A stretch of 32,000 bases of DNA from Candidatus Jordarchaeales archaeon (GTDB lineage: Archaea > Asgardarchaeota > Jordiarchaeia > Jordiarchaeales > Freyrarchaeaceae), in the NCBI GenBank assembly GCA_038889235.1, contig JAWAHN010000002.1:74356-106355 (forward strand), in the 5' to 3' direction. Under the pieces are notes generated by a model. That model was not told the origin of the DNA, did not search any database, and saw only the letters and a list, made by a program, of their open reading frames with translations. This document shows, piece after piece, positions 19,226 to 27,406 of this stretch (positions within the stretch are counted from its first letter, which is position 1; the number at the start of each line of letters is the position of its first letter). Both the position numbers and the translations under genes were made by a program.

Positions 19226-20158
19226 TCATGCGAAAAAGCCGTCAATTCTCGTTTTGTCCCTGTAAGCCGCAACACTTTCACCACTCTTGAGGAAGTTAAG
19301 TATTCTTGCAGCTTCGTCAAGCCTTCCCTCAATCCCTCTCCCGGACCTCGACTCACAGAACAAGACTACTTTCCCAAGGTAGTTTTGCTCCCGCAAAACT
19401 GAGAGAAAGAACATCCAGGGAACCCCACCCTCCTCCAGTGAAACGTGCCTCCTCTCACCTCTTCTAGTGGCTATCACCCCTGAGAGGTGAACCGGTATCC
19501 TACATCCTTTCACTTTTACGTTATCGTCTAAAAGCTCCAACCTTTTTAAAATCCCCTCCCTCGTCGTCAAAAGCCCTCCGAGGGCATAGTCGTGAGCGAT
19601 ATCCCAGCATATAAGGCACCCAACCTCACCCGCCACTCTTACAATGACCTCAAAACCTGCAAAGTTCCCCTTCTTACCTGCAACCTCGGGAGCAGGCATC
19701 ACTGTATACCCGTGCTCCTCCCTAACCTTCATAATTTCCTTCAAGAACTCTTTTACATGTTCTTCGGCGTTCTTAACCGCTGGCCCACAATGGAAAGTTA
19801 AATGATTTGCTAGAAGCGCGTCGCCAAGCTTGAAATTAATAGTAAAATGTGCCTTAGCCAGCTTTCTCCTCTTCGGACTAGGCGACGAAACAACAAGTGT
19901 GTAAGGCGCATGCAGCCCTACCATCACTCCCCCAAGAAGCGCCTTAGCATCCTTGGCTTGCATCACAGAGGGATAAATAAGCCCCTGACCTCCAGGCTTA
20001 ACGAATAACTTACACCGCGAAAAGGAGAGCTCAATTGAACTCAACCCCCTACTCCTCAACTCTCCCGCAATTTTTCCAATCTCCTCTATCTCGGTAAACC
20101 TTGTAAAAGGGAAACCGGCGAAACCGACAAGAACCTCTGACATCCAAGACTCCTCCAC
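19226..20158 (-). CDS. nfo: Endonuclease IV-like TIM-barrel AP endonuclease
   Basis: Metal-ligand pattern LHAPY, FHCG, PEVAGK, DIAH, VHLSG, ERRH, FCES. Confidence 0.82.
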   Translation of the reverse strand: MEESWMSEVLVGFAGFPFTRFTEIEEIGKIAGELRSRGLSSIELSFSRCKLFVKPGGQGLIYPSVMQAKDAKALLGGVMVGLHAPYTLVVSSPSPKRRKLAKAHFTINFKLGDALLANHLTFHCGPAVKNAEEHVKEFLKEIMKVREEHGYTVMPAPEVAGKKGNFAGFEVIVRVAGEVGCLICWDIAHDYALGGLLTTREGILKRLELLDDNVKVKGCRIPVHLSGVIATRRGERRHVSLEEGGVPWMFFLSVLREQNYLGKVVLFCESRSGRGIEGRLDEAARILNFLKSGESVAAYRDKTRIDGFFA

Positions 20159-20222
20159 ACATAAACAGTCACACTACAAATAAAAATCAGTTGATAACAC
20201 GCCAAAGCAAGCAAAGAAACCC

Positions 20223-20230
20223 TTTTTAAC
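20223..20230 (+). promoter_or_regulatory. TATA box of the SRP RNA gene
   Basis: TTTTTAAC preceded by purine-rich GAAA (BRE-like). Placing it at -30..-23 puts +1 at 20253, the first base of helix 1. Confidence 0.65.
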
Positions 20231-20252
20231 TCCTTTTGCACCACCCAATATT

Positions 20253-20614
20253 GGGTGGTGGGTCTAGGCGGGCGGCTAGGGGTCGCCTGAGAGGGGGCTA
20301 AGCTCCCTCGACCGCAAATCCCCTAAATGGCGGGCCGAAAGCCGGCGTGAGGCGTCACTAACCCGCTGTCCTCCTCCACACCGAGGCTATGAAGACTCGT
20401 CCCGGAGGGCTGGCGGTGGCCGTCTGCCTTCCGTAGGGAGGGCGTGTTCGGCCTTCGCCGGGGGAACCTGGCCAGGCCCGGGAGAGCCCACCAATAGGGG
20501 GCACCGACGGAGCAACCTAACCTCGGACGTACAGCGCTTCCGGGGGAGCGGGTTTGAGACCAGGTGTGGAGGATGTGGCGGGAAGGTGGCGTCGATCGCC
20601 GGGACCCACCACCC
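20253..20614 (+). ncRNA. ffs: Signal recognition particle (7S) RNA with a helix-8 insertion and an extra Alu-domain hairpin
   Basis: Helix 1 GGGTGGTGGGTC/GACCCACCACCC; helix 3 loop TAGGGG pairs with helix 4 loop CCCCTA; long helix 5; helix 6 GCCTTCC-GTAG-GGAGGGC with a GNAR loop; helix 8 motifs GGCCAGG and AGCAACC. Confidence 0.96.
20485..20508 (+). other. Putative 24-nt BHB/BHL-type intron in SRP RNA helix 8
   Basis: 5' bulge AGA (20483-85), central helix CGGG/ACCG (3 of 4 Watson-Crick pairs), 3' bulge ACG (20507-09), inner stem GCCC/GGGC. Cutting after nt 2 of each bulge gives CAGG-CCC-GGGA-GGG-AGCA. Confidence 0.75.
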
Positions 20615-20629
20615 GCTTAAATAAAAAGG

Positions 20630-21562
20630 TTACTCTGTTATGATTTCTTCAAGCAACAAGCAGACTTTACATTTCTCCCCGGAGGCAGGCTGACCACATT
20701 TTACACAAGTAACCGTTCTCGCCTCTTCTTCTGGCAAGAGTTGAAGTATTTTTTCATGAATTCTCACTATGTTGTATTTTGTCCCCGGCCTTTCTGCCTC
20801 CATCCTGTTGAGGAAGTTTCTTACGTCGTCCCTGTATGCTTCAGCGTGGTAAGGGCAAGGCGTTTCATGATAGTGTATGCGGTTGAAGAAGGCGTAGAGG
20901 ACCACCTCTTCTTCTGGTACATCTCTCAAGGGCTTTATGCGTGGAACGAAGCCCTCTATGTTCTTACGAGTGGGCCTATTCCTCAAAAAGTGAGTTAAAT
21001 CTCCTTTTAAGATATTCATGAGGACTGTTTGTGCTTCGTCATCTAGGTTGTGAGCTGTCGCTACGACATCGGCACCTACACTGACTGCCAGGGTATTTAT
21101 TGCCCTTCTCCTGAGAACACCGCAATAGGTGCATGCGCCAAGTCTTTTCTCACCATGCTTCTCGCCTGCCGCCTGAATTATCTCATCCAAGGTTTTTCCG
21201 AACAGCTCCTTGAAAGAGGTCTTTACCCAGGGGACTTTAAGCTGCCTGACATTCTCCTCTACTATTTCGAGCGACTCTTTTCTGTAGCCTTCTATTCCTT
21301 CGTCGACAGTTATCGCTATAAGCTCGCTTCTCGGAAAGCGTCTTTCAAGCTTTGCAAGTATGTGGAGGAGGACTAAACTGTCCTTTCCTCCCGAGACAGC
21401 GACAGCTATTCTGCTCTCTGGATTGAGCATTTTGTAGCGTGAAATGGTCCTCCTAACTTTGTTTTCAACAGATTCTGTGAAGCATCTTTTACAGAGCATC
21501 TCCCCGGAGTAGGGGCGGTAAACTACTGCCTCATGATCGCACTTCATGCACTTACTGTTCAT
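20630..21562 (-). CDS. ttuA: tRNA 2-thiouridine synthesis protein TtuA/NcsA
   Basis: N- and C-terminal Zn-finger CxxC pairs, PP-loop SGGKDS, CTYCGVLRR, TAHNLDDE, CPY. Confidence 0.92.
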   Translation of the reverse strand: MNSKCMKCDHEAVVYRPYSGEMLCKRCFTESVENKVRRTISRYKMLNPESRIAVAVSGGKDSLVLLHILAKLERRFPRSELIAITVDEGIEGYRKESLEIVEENVRQLKVPWVKTSFKELFGKTLDEIIQAAGEKHGEKRLGACTYCGVLRRRAINTLAVSVGADVVATAHNLDDEAQTVLMNILKGDLTHFLRNRPTRKNIEGFVPRIKPLRDVPEEEVVLYAFFNRIHYHETPCPYHAEAYRDDVRNFLNRMEAERPGTKYNIVRIHEKILQLLPEEEARTVTCVKCGQPASGEKCKVCLLLEEIITE

Positions 21563-21587
21563 TTTCTCATCATTCCTGGAATGACGT

Positions 21588-22787
21588 TTAGAGCGGAATG
21601 AATCCTGTTTTCATCAATGGAATTAAAGCATTTAGGACTAGCAAACATATAGTCGCCGCCCTCGCCGCGTTTATGGCAAACTTCCTCATTGAAACTTTCC
21701 TTCCGAAGAAGCACAAGCCTTTCCTCTCAGAGACTACAAGAGAAACTGCTTCTTTGAGTATTTTATCTCCGTCGAGTGCTGGAACAGGCATCATGTTTAT
21801 AATTGAAACGCTGAAGGATACGATGAAAATCCATTGGATGACCATGTAAACGTGGTTTGGAAAAGTGTAACCCAGCCACCAGGAGCTGGGGTATGGCAAG
21901 TAGAACGGTTGTGGATACATAATCCCTATGTACCCCTTGTAAGGCGCCCTCGGGTTAATCCCAGCGGTTACAGTGATCTCACCTATGCTAGTTGTTAGTT
22001 TGAGCGTGTCGAAGGGTTTAACGTTTAAAAGGTATAAGTCGAGAGCGGCAGGAGACGGTATTGGAGTCCCGTTTATGGCAAACAGTATGGTTGAAGGGAA
22101 AAGCTTTCCATACGCAAAGGAGTGTGAATCCACGCCTGTCACAATGACGCCTAAAGATGGACCATACCAGGGCGAAATTACTGCTTGAAAGTTCGCCAGT
22201 ACTAGAAGGGCTATGAGCGCTGTGGCCAAGTTAACTGCTGAGCCGGAGCTTAAAACTCTGACTCTCGAACGTGTTCTTACCTTTTCCATGGCCTCTTCAT
22301 CTACTTCTATAAATCCTCCTGGCATGAAGAGTACAAAAAGCAAGCCAGACGATTTTATAGGTATGCCCTCCGCCTTAGCTGTCAGACCATGAGCCAACTC
22401 GTGAAGTACTAGCGTAACGATTATTCCAACTGCAGCGTAGAGAAAGCTAAACCAAGTAATAGTAATTCCCGGTATCAAAGGTACTATGGGGTAGGAATGC
22501 TGCGGCTGGAAGAAGGCGTTTACTAGGTTTAAGAATAGAAGGTACACTCCATATCCTAAGGCAGAGTAGCTTAGGGGTATGGATGCGTCACCGAGCGCGC
22601 GCCACAAACGTGGCGCCCTAAGCGCTATCCTTGACAGGATATTGTTGAGTCTAGTTGTGCGCCAAACGACTGCGAAAGGAAGTACTGTGAACCCGTATTT
22701 TTCAAGCTTAAGCAATTTACCTGCAGCCATCACTCCACTCCAGAATATGAGTAAGATTAGGGCTACAAACTGCCACTCTTCAATCAC
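21588..22787 (-). CDS. Site-2 protease (M50) with a PDZ-like domain
   Basis: HELAH, SSGSAVN, NMMPVPALDG, multiple TM segments. Confidence 0.92.
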   Translation of the reverse strand: MIEEWQFVALILLIFWSGVMAAGKLLKLEKYGFTVLPFAVVWRTTRLNNILSRIALRAPRLWRALGDASIPLSYSALGYGVYLLFLNLVNAFFQPQHSYPIVPLIPGITITWFSFLYAAVGIIVTLVLHELAHGLTAKAEGIPIKSSGLLFVLFMPGGFIEVDEEAMEKVRTRSRVRVLSSGSAVNLATALIALLVLANFQAVISPWYGPSLGVIVTGVDSHSFAYGKLFPSTILFAINGTPIPSPAALDLYLLNVKPFDTLKLTTSIGEITVTAGINPRAPYKGYIGIMYPQPFYLPYPSSWWLGYTFPNHVYMVIQWIFIVSFSVSIINMMPVPALDGDKILKEAVSLVVSERKGLCFFGRKVSMRKFAINAARAATICLLVLNALIPLMKTGFIPL

Positions 22788-22941
22788 GCTTTTTCCTCCC
22801 TTTAAAGCTCGAGCTTAAGCTCACCTCTGAAACCTCTAGAAGTCCCTCAGGGGCTTCAAGGTGACTAGTGGCTTTCATTTCAGATAAATCTTTTAATCAC
22901 CAATCCTACTAGAATAAGTAGGCGAGTGAGGTGCTCTTCTA

Positions 22942-23421
22942 TTGAACGAAAAAAGAGCTGAAATAGAGATCGAAGCAATAAAGACCCCTGTAGGTGAAGT
23001 TCCGACGGTTAAAACCATAGAGAGAGTGATTGAAGGGCTAAACGCTCTCGGAGAAGACCTAGACTCCATATCACTCTCCTTCTCCGAAGCGTTGAAATCC
23101 ATAACTGCTGAAGTGAAAAGCCTACAAAAACTAATATCTAAAACCACTGTTTCATCTGAGGCCACCGCAGACGCGGTCAAAAGGCTTGAACGGAAATTCG
23201 AACAGTTCTCGCGGGAAGAATTAGAGAGGTGGGCTCGCCTTCAACAAGTCCTCTCCTTAATTGTTAATGCCTTAAAAGAAATTTACAACGGTGTGGATAA
23301 AAACATTAAGACGACAACTAAAATTGAAAAACTTTTTTCTCCCTTCACCGATTACTTAGCTCAAAAGAAGACTCCCATGCAGGAAAAACAGGCGAAGCCT
23401 CTCAAGAAAGTTTCCAGTTAA
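22942..23421 (+). CDS. Hypothetical alpha-helical/coiled-coil protein
   Basis: 159-aa ORF with a GAGGTG SD and upstream TTTTAA; heptad-like hydrophobic pattern. Confidence 0.75.
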   Translation: MNEKRAEIEIEAIKTPVGEVPTVKTIERVIEGLNALGEDLDSISLSFSEALKSITAEVKSLQKLISKTTVSSEATADAVKRLERKFEQFSREELERWARLQQVLSLIVNALKEIYNGVDKNIKTTTKIEKLFSPFTDYLAQKKTPMQEKQAKPLKKVSS

Positions 23422-24089
23422 TCCACTGTAAGCTCTCTACTGATCTCTACTTCGTTTCCATCAACTTTCACAATCCCTTTTCCTTCCATCCTGGCCAATA
23501 TAGCTCTCATTTGCCCTTCCAATACCCCGCTGCTTTTAGCTAAGTCGCTTACTTTGCAGCGCTTAATACTTTTCAGGATAAAGTATGGCTTATAGTTAAT
23601 GTCGTCCTTTATGAGGCTTTCAAGGGAGGCAATTGCCCTCTTTAACGCCTCTTTCTCCTCCTCGAGTTCAGAAACCCTTTTTTCCAAGCCGGCTACTTCT
23701 TCCTCAAGCTCTTTTATCTTTCTTTCTCTAAGAGAAATTTCATCCTTCAACCTTGAGATCTCCACTTGCAGCGTACTTTCACTAAGCTTCCTATCCTCTT
23801 CAAGCCGCTTAACCTTGAGCCTCTCTCCCTCCAGCATCCTCTCCAGTTCCTTTTTCTCCTTGTAAACCTTTTCCATAGCTTCCATTTCTCTCTTAAGTCT
23901 TGCAATCTCCGTCTCGTACTCTCTCTTAGCAGTATCGAACTTTACCCTCCACCCAGCTACTTCAGTCTCCAACTCCTCTATACGTCTCCTCTGTCTCTCT
24001 ATTTCTTCCTCCTGCCTTTCCAGTTTGGCTTCTAGGATTCTCAAAGCCTCCCTCTTCCCTTCAGTCTCCCCCAAATAAACCTCCTCCAA
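23418..24089 (-). CDS. Long coiled-coil protein with a C-terminal winged helix
   Basis: About 150 aa of E/K/R-rich heptads, then YKPYFILKSIKRCKVSDLAKSSG...LARMEGKGIVKVDG. Confidence 0.8.
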   Translation of the reverse strand: MEEVYLGETEGKREALRILEAKLERQEEEIERQRRRIEELETEVAGWRVKFDTAKREYETEIARLKREMEAMEKVYKEKKELERMLEGERLKVKRLEEDRKLSESTLQVEISRLKDEISLRERKIKELEEEVAGLEKRVSELEEEKEALKRAIASLESLIKDDINYKPYFILKSIKRCKVSDLAKSSGVLEGQMRAILARMEGKGIVKVDGNEVEISRELTVD

Positions 24090-24101
24090 AAAGTTAGAGG
24101 T

Positions 24102-24175
24102 AAATTCAGTTTGTCATGAGTTCTTCATCGTCTCCATCAAAGGGACACTCAGACTGGGGCGACGTCATCATATCC
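24102..24175 (-). ncRNA. Box C/D guide sRNA; D' guide targets the 23S P-loop (Gm2251, E. coli numbering)
   Basis: On the minus strand: C box ATGATGA 24171-24165; guide CGTCGCCCCAGT; D' CTGA 24152-24149; C' CGATGA 24130-24125; D CTGA 24109-24106. TATA TTTATAAG at 24206-24199. Confidence 0.92.
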
Positions 24176-24198
24176 GATAGCATTTAAGGGTGCTTCAC

Positions 24199-24206
24199 CT
24201 TATAAA
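24199..24206 (-). promoter_or_regulatory. TATA box for the C/D sRNA
   Basis: TTTATAAG about 24-31 nt upstream of the sRNA 5' stem. Confidence 0.6.
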
Positions 24207-24256
24207 CGTTGTTCGGCTACCCTTACTAATTTGCCTAGGTGTTCACGTGACAGTTC

Positions 24257-24655
24257 TCAGCCTGGAACACCAACGCTGTCTTTACTATCCTTTCCAGCTG
24301 CTTGAGCAAGCTTGCTCATTTTGAGCTCTTCCACTATTTTCCTTGCTTTTTTCAAGCTTCCTGTGACTCTCCGCACATCAACTAGGACGGGGGCTCCGCT
24401 TATGCTCGAAATTAAGCTTACCCCTGCTTGAACCGCACTAACAGTCCTATGTGAACAACGCAGCACACCGAACCCCGAATCCTTATCGTACTCAATTATC
24501 TTTAGCTCCATAACGCTAACTCCAAGCTCCCCAAAGATTCTGAGGAGCTCGCTCAATATGCTACCAGCTACCTCTTCAAACTCCAACCCTTTACTGCCCA
24601 CCACCTGGAAAACTATGTATCTCCTCCTAGCCTTCACTGATCGCGTGCCGGGCAA
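24257..24655 (-). CDS. rnp2: RNase P protein Pop5/Rpp14
   Basis: RRRYIVFQV, FGELG, GVLRCSH, VTGSLKKAR; conserved cluster with rpl15e and rpp30. Confidence 0.9.
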   Translation of the reverse strand: MPGTRSVKARRRYIVFQVVGSKGLEFEEVAGSILSELLRIFGELGVSVMELKIIEYDKDSGFGVLRCSHRTVSAVQAGVSLISSISGAPVLVDVRRVTGSLKKARKIVEELKMSKLAQAAGKDSKDSVGVPG

Positions 24656-24670
24656 TTGCTCACCGCTCCC

Positions 24671-25312
24671 TCAACTAACTCTTTGAACCCCTTCATAGCC
24701 CCTCCACTCGAGCACCAAGAAAGGATAAAACGAAAGCGCCTTCAACGCAGCCTCTCTCGGTATCCCAAGGAGAAGCGCTATAGCAGTAATGCTGGTAGGA
24801 GAACGTACTTCATAATAACTCCTGGGCTCCCTTGTTATAAAAAACACAGCCCCTTCCTCCAGTAGAATGGAAGCAGCCCTCCTCAGCACAGAAAAAGCCC
24901 GTATGCGTTTTACTCCATCACTGGTGAAAAGGGGGGCCAATGATAGTTCAATGGCCACCCCTCCCTCCTGGGAAAGTCTCACAAGCGACTTATCCAAGTA
25001 CTTGTAACACTCAATGGATGGAAAGTAAAGTATGTCGATGTCCGGGTTTCGGGCAGCCCACACAGCTACCTCTCTACTTATACAGGGAGCGGCTACTAGA
25101 TCCCCCTTCCCTCTAACTTTGCCCAATGTTTTTTTCATCTGAACGAGTCTTCCTCCCTCCAGATTTACTCTCGAGAATACTTCGACTCCCTCGCCTACCC
25201 CCCTTTTCTCGCCAACGGCAAAAACAGCGGTGAACCCCAACTTGCCAGCGACTTTCAAAAATTTTTCCTTAGAATCTGGAGTTAGGTACACGTGTGTTTC
25301 AACGAACCTCAC
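24671..25312 (-). CDS. rnp3: RNase P protein Rpp30
   Basis: PHP-like start (FVETHV), AARNPDIDIL, AIELSL, EVRSP. The GTG at 25312 overlapping the upstream stop is preferred over 25339. Confidence 0.85.
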   Translation of the reverse strand: MRFVETHVYLTPDSKEKFLKVAGKLGFTAVFAVGEKRGVGEGVEVFSRVNLEGGRLVQMKKTLGKVRGKGDLVAAPCISREVAVWAARNPDIDILYFPSIECYKYLDKSLVRLSQEGGVAIELSLAPLFTSDGVKRIRAFSVLRRAASILLEEGAVFFITREPRSYYEVRSPTSITAIALLLGIPREAALKALSFYPFLVLEWRGYEGVQRVS

Positions 25313-25755
25313 TCCACGATTAAATTGTACGTCTTGCATATCTCGCGTATCTCCTCGAGCTTATTCCTGGAAAACTTAATTTTGGCTCTGACAACGTCTT
25401 CGTAGTCGCTTAAACGCACCTCTCCTAAATACGCCTTTTGCTTGTCAAAGCGGAGGAAAAGGTTTCCATGACCATCGCATCTCAGTGAAAGTTGTCTTCC
25501 TATCTTCGCCTTGTCTTCCTCACTCATCAGAGAAGCTAAACGCCTAACAATTTTCTCAGCTTCTCTTCCGGAAGCCTTAGCCCTGAAGATTATTACTTCA
25601 TTGCCGTAGTGTCCTCTAACCTTCTCCTTTGCAACCTCTAATTTTTCATCAGAAAGAAAAAACAAAGCTTTAATGACTTTATCTGGGTCCTCAGTTGAGT
25701 GAGCGAAAACCTGAAACTCGATGCCTGCCACTCCTTTTCCACGCAACTCTCCCAC
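25309..25755 (-). CDS. DUF54-family RNA-binding protein
   Basis: VFAHSTEDPDKV, GHYGNEV, LFLRFDKQKAY; usual neighbour of rpl15e. Confidence 0.87.
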   Translation of the reverse strand: MGELRGKGVAGIEFQVFAHSTEDPDKVIKALFFLSDEKLEVAKEKVRGHYGNEVIIFRAKASGREAEKIVRRLASLMSEEDKAKIGRQLSLRCDGHGNLFLRFDKQKAYLGEVRLSDYEDVVRAKIKFSRNKLEEIREICKTYNLIVE

Positions 25756-25761
25756 CAGTTT

Positions 25762-26352
25762 TTAACCAAAGAACTTCTCACGGCTTGGTCTAACTTTCTC
25801 AGCACCCTTCCCTTTTCTCCTTAACCCCCTTGCCCTCTTACCGCTACTTGTAAGACCCCTGAAAACCCTGCCACGGTGCACCCTACTGCATATCCAATTT
25901 ATCTTCGGGTCAGACTTTATGACAGGGTGGTTTGGGTCAACTAAAATCACTTCAAACCACTTCCATCTCCCGTCTTCTCCAACATAATACGAGTTTAAGA
26001 CCTCCAAGTTTGGATATTTGCGGGCAACCCTTTCCTCAGCGATCCACTGAAGGTTTTTCCCCGGGGTCTTCTTAGCTACACCTAACCCCTTCGGCTTCCT
26101 ACCGCTCCTAGGCCTAGGCTTCCTTAATCCTCCCTTGCGTATGCGAACCCTGACTATTACGAAGCCTTGCTTTGCTTTGTAACCAAGTCTCCTTGCCCTA
26201 TCAGGCCTAGTTGGCCTATCGACTCTCACTATCGCAGGCTGTTTACGCCACAGTGTTAGTCTTTCACGCAGAAACTCCTTTAGCTCATCTCTCTCCTTCT
26301 TTATTAACTGTCTCCAGCTTTCTGAAATATAATTGTACATCGACTTCACCAT
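25762..26352 (-). CDS. rpl15e: 50S ribosomal protein L15e
   Basis: [45 protein letters not shown]. Confidence 0.98.
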   Translation of the reverse strand: MVKSMYNYISESWRQLIKKERDELKEFLRERLTLWRKQPAIVRVDRPTRPDRARRLGYKAKQGFVIVRVRIRKGGLRKPRPRSGRKPKGLGVAKKTPGKNLQWIAEERVARKYPNLEVLNSYYVGEDGRWKWFEVILVDPNHPVIKSDPKINWICSRVHRGRVFRGLTSSGKRARGLRRKGKGAEKVRPSREKFFG

Positions 26353-26611
26353 TTTCGGCGCTCACTCCCAAGCTTACTTGTTTTAGAGCCTATCTTTCCA
26401 TACCAGAATATCTTTTTATAGTTTACCATAGTCTAAGCGGCAAAGAGCCCGCCAACTTATTAGTATCAAAACCAGTGGGTTTTAGCGCCCCGTATTCCGA
26501 AGGGTCTTAACAGGGCTTCCAAAAAAGTGAAATATGTGCTTCCCTAAAATTATCTTTGTGCTCAGCTTTTCCTGAGAGCAGGTATGCTGCGCGCTCCGGG
26601 GATGGTGCCAG

Positions 26612-27319
26612 ATGCCCGTGTTAAAATTCTTCGGCCACGCAGCCTTCAAACTCTCATCCCCAAAGTACAGTGTGCTTTTTGACCCGGGCTTCTTTGAAAG
26701 TAAACCTCTTGTCAGCGAAAACGAGAAAGCTAACGTTATATGTGTTACACACAGCCACCCCGACCACTTGGGAAACACAGCCAAAATCGCTGCAGCCCAG
26801 AAGGCATTCGTAGTCACTAGTAATGAGGTGGCTGAAAAGCTGAAGGCTGAAGGGGCACCAGAATGGCTCCTCCGCCCCTTAAACCCGGGCGAAAGCTTCA
26901 CTAGGCCGGAGATCAAGGTGACCGCTATAGACCTCAAGCATGGGCCACCGAGAGCCCCTATACCTGTACCGCATCTAGCATTCCTTGTAGAACTGGAAAA
27001 AGTTAAGTTGGTCCACCTTGGCGATGCAGGAACTAGGGGCACTCTGGGACACTACCAGATAGACGTGCTCCTCATAGGGATCGATGAAACAGAGACTTTC
27101 CCGCCCGTCCAAGCACTCCAAGCGGTGAGCGACCTAAAACCGAAACTCGCAATACCGATGCATGTTAGGAAAAAAGAAGAACTTGACTACTTCGAGGAAC
27201 ACTTTTCGCTGATGGCTCCTGAGGTTGGTTACAAGCGTATGTCTATTGGCGAAAGAATATCCGTCGAGTGGGTTGCTGGGACAGAATTTTCGTTTAAGCC
27301 CCTCATCCAAGAAGAATGA
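26612..27319 (+). CDS. Metallo-beta-lactamase-fold hydrolase (UPF0173-like)
   Basis: FFGHAAF, LFDP, THSHPDH, HLGD, IPMH. Confidence 0.88.
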   Translation: MPVLKFFGHAAFKLSSPKYSVLFDPGFFESKPLVSENEKANVICVTHSHPDHLGNTAKIAAAQKAFVVTSNEVAEKLKAEGAPEWLLRPLNPGESFTRPEIKVTAIDLKHGPPRAPIPVPHLAFLVELEKVKLVHLGDAGTRGTLGHYQIDVLLIGIDETETFPPVQALQAVSDLKPKLAIPMHVRKKEELDYFEEHFSLMAPEVGYKRMSIGERISVEWVAGTEFSFKPLIQEE

Positions 27320-27406
27320 ACGATCCACACTTACCTGCAGTAATGGTTAAATATTTTCAATTCCACACTACTTTTTTGCACAAACGAACGATGGAGGAGT
27401 TGCTTT

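Noticed and set aside
20288-20311. Alu-domain hairpin as a second BHB intron
   Set aside because: Every register tested gave at most 2 of 4 central pairs or destroyed helix 4 after excision; kept only as a structural insertion.
26362-26430. 22-codon uORF (MVNYKKIFW...) upstream of rpl15e on the minus strand
   Set aside because: No SD, no recognisable homology, and a length expected by chance.
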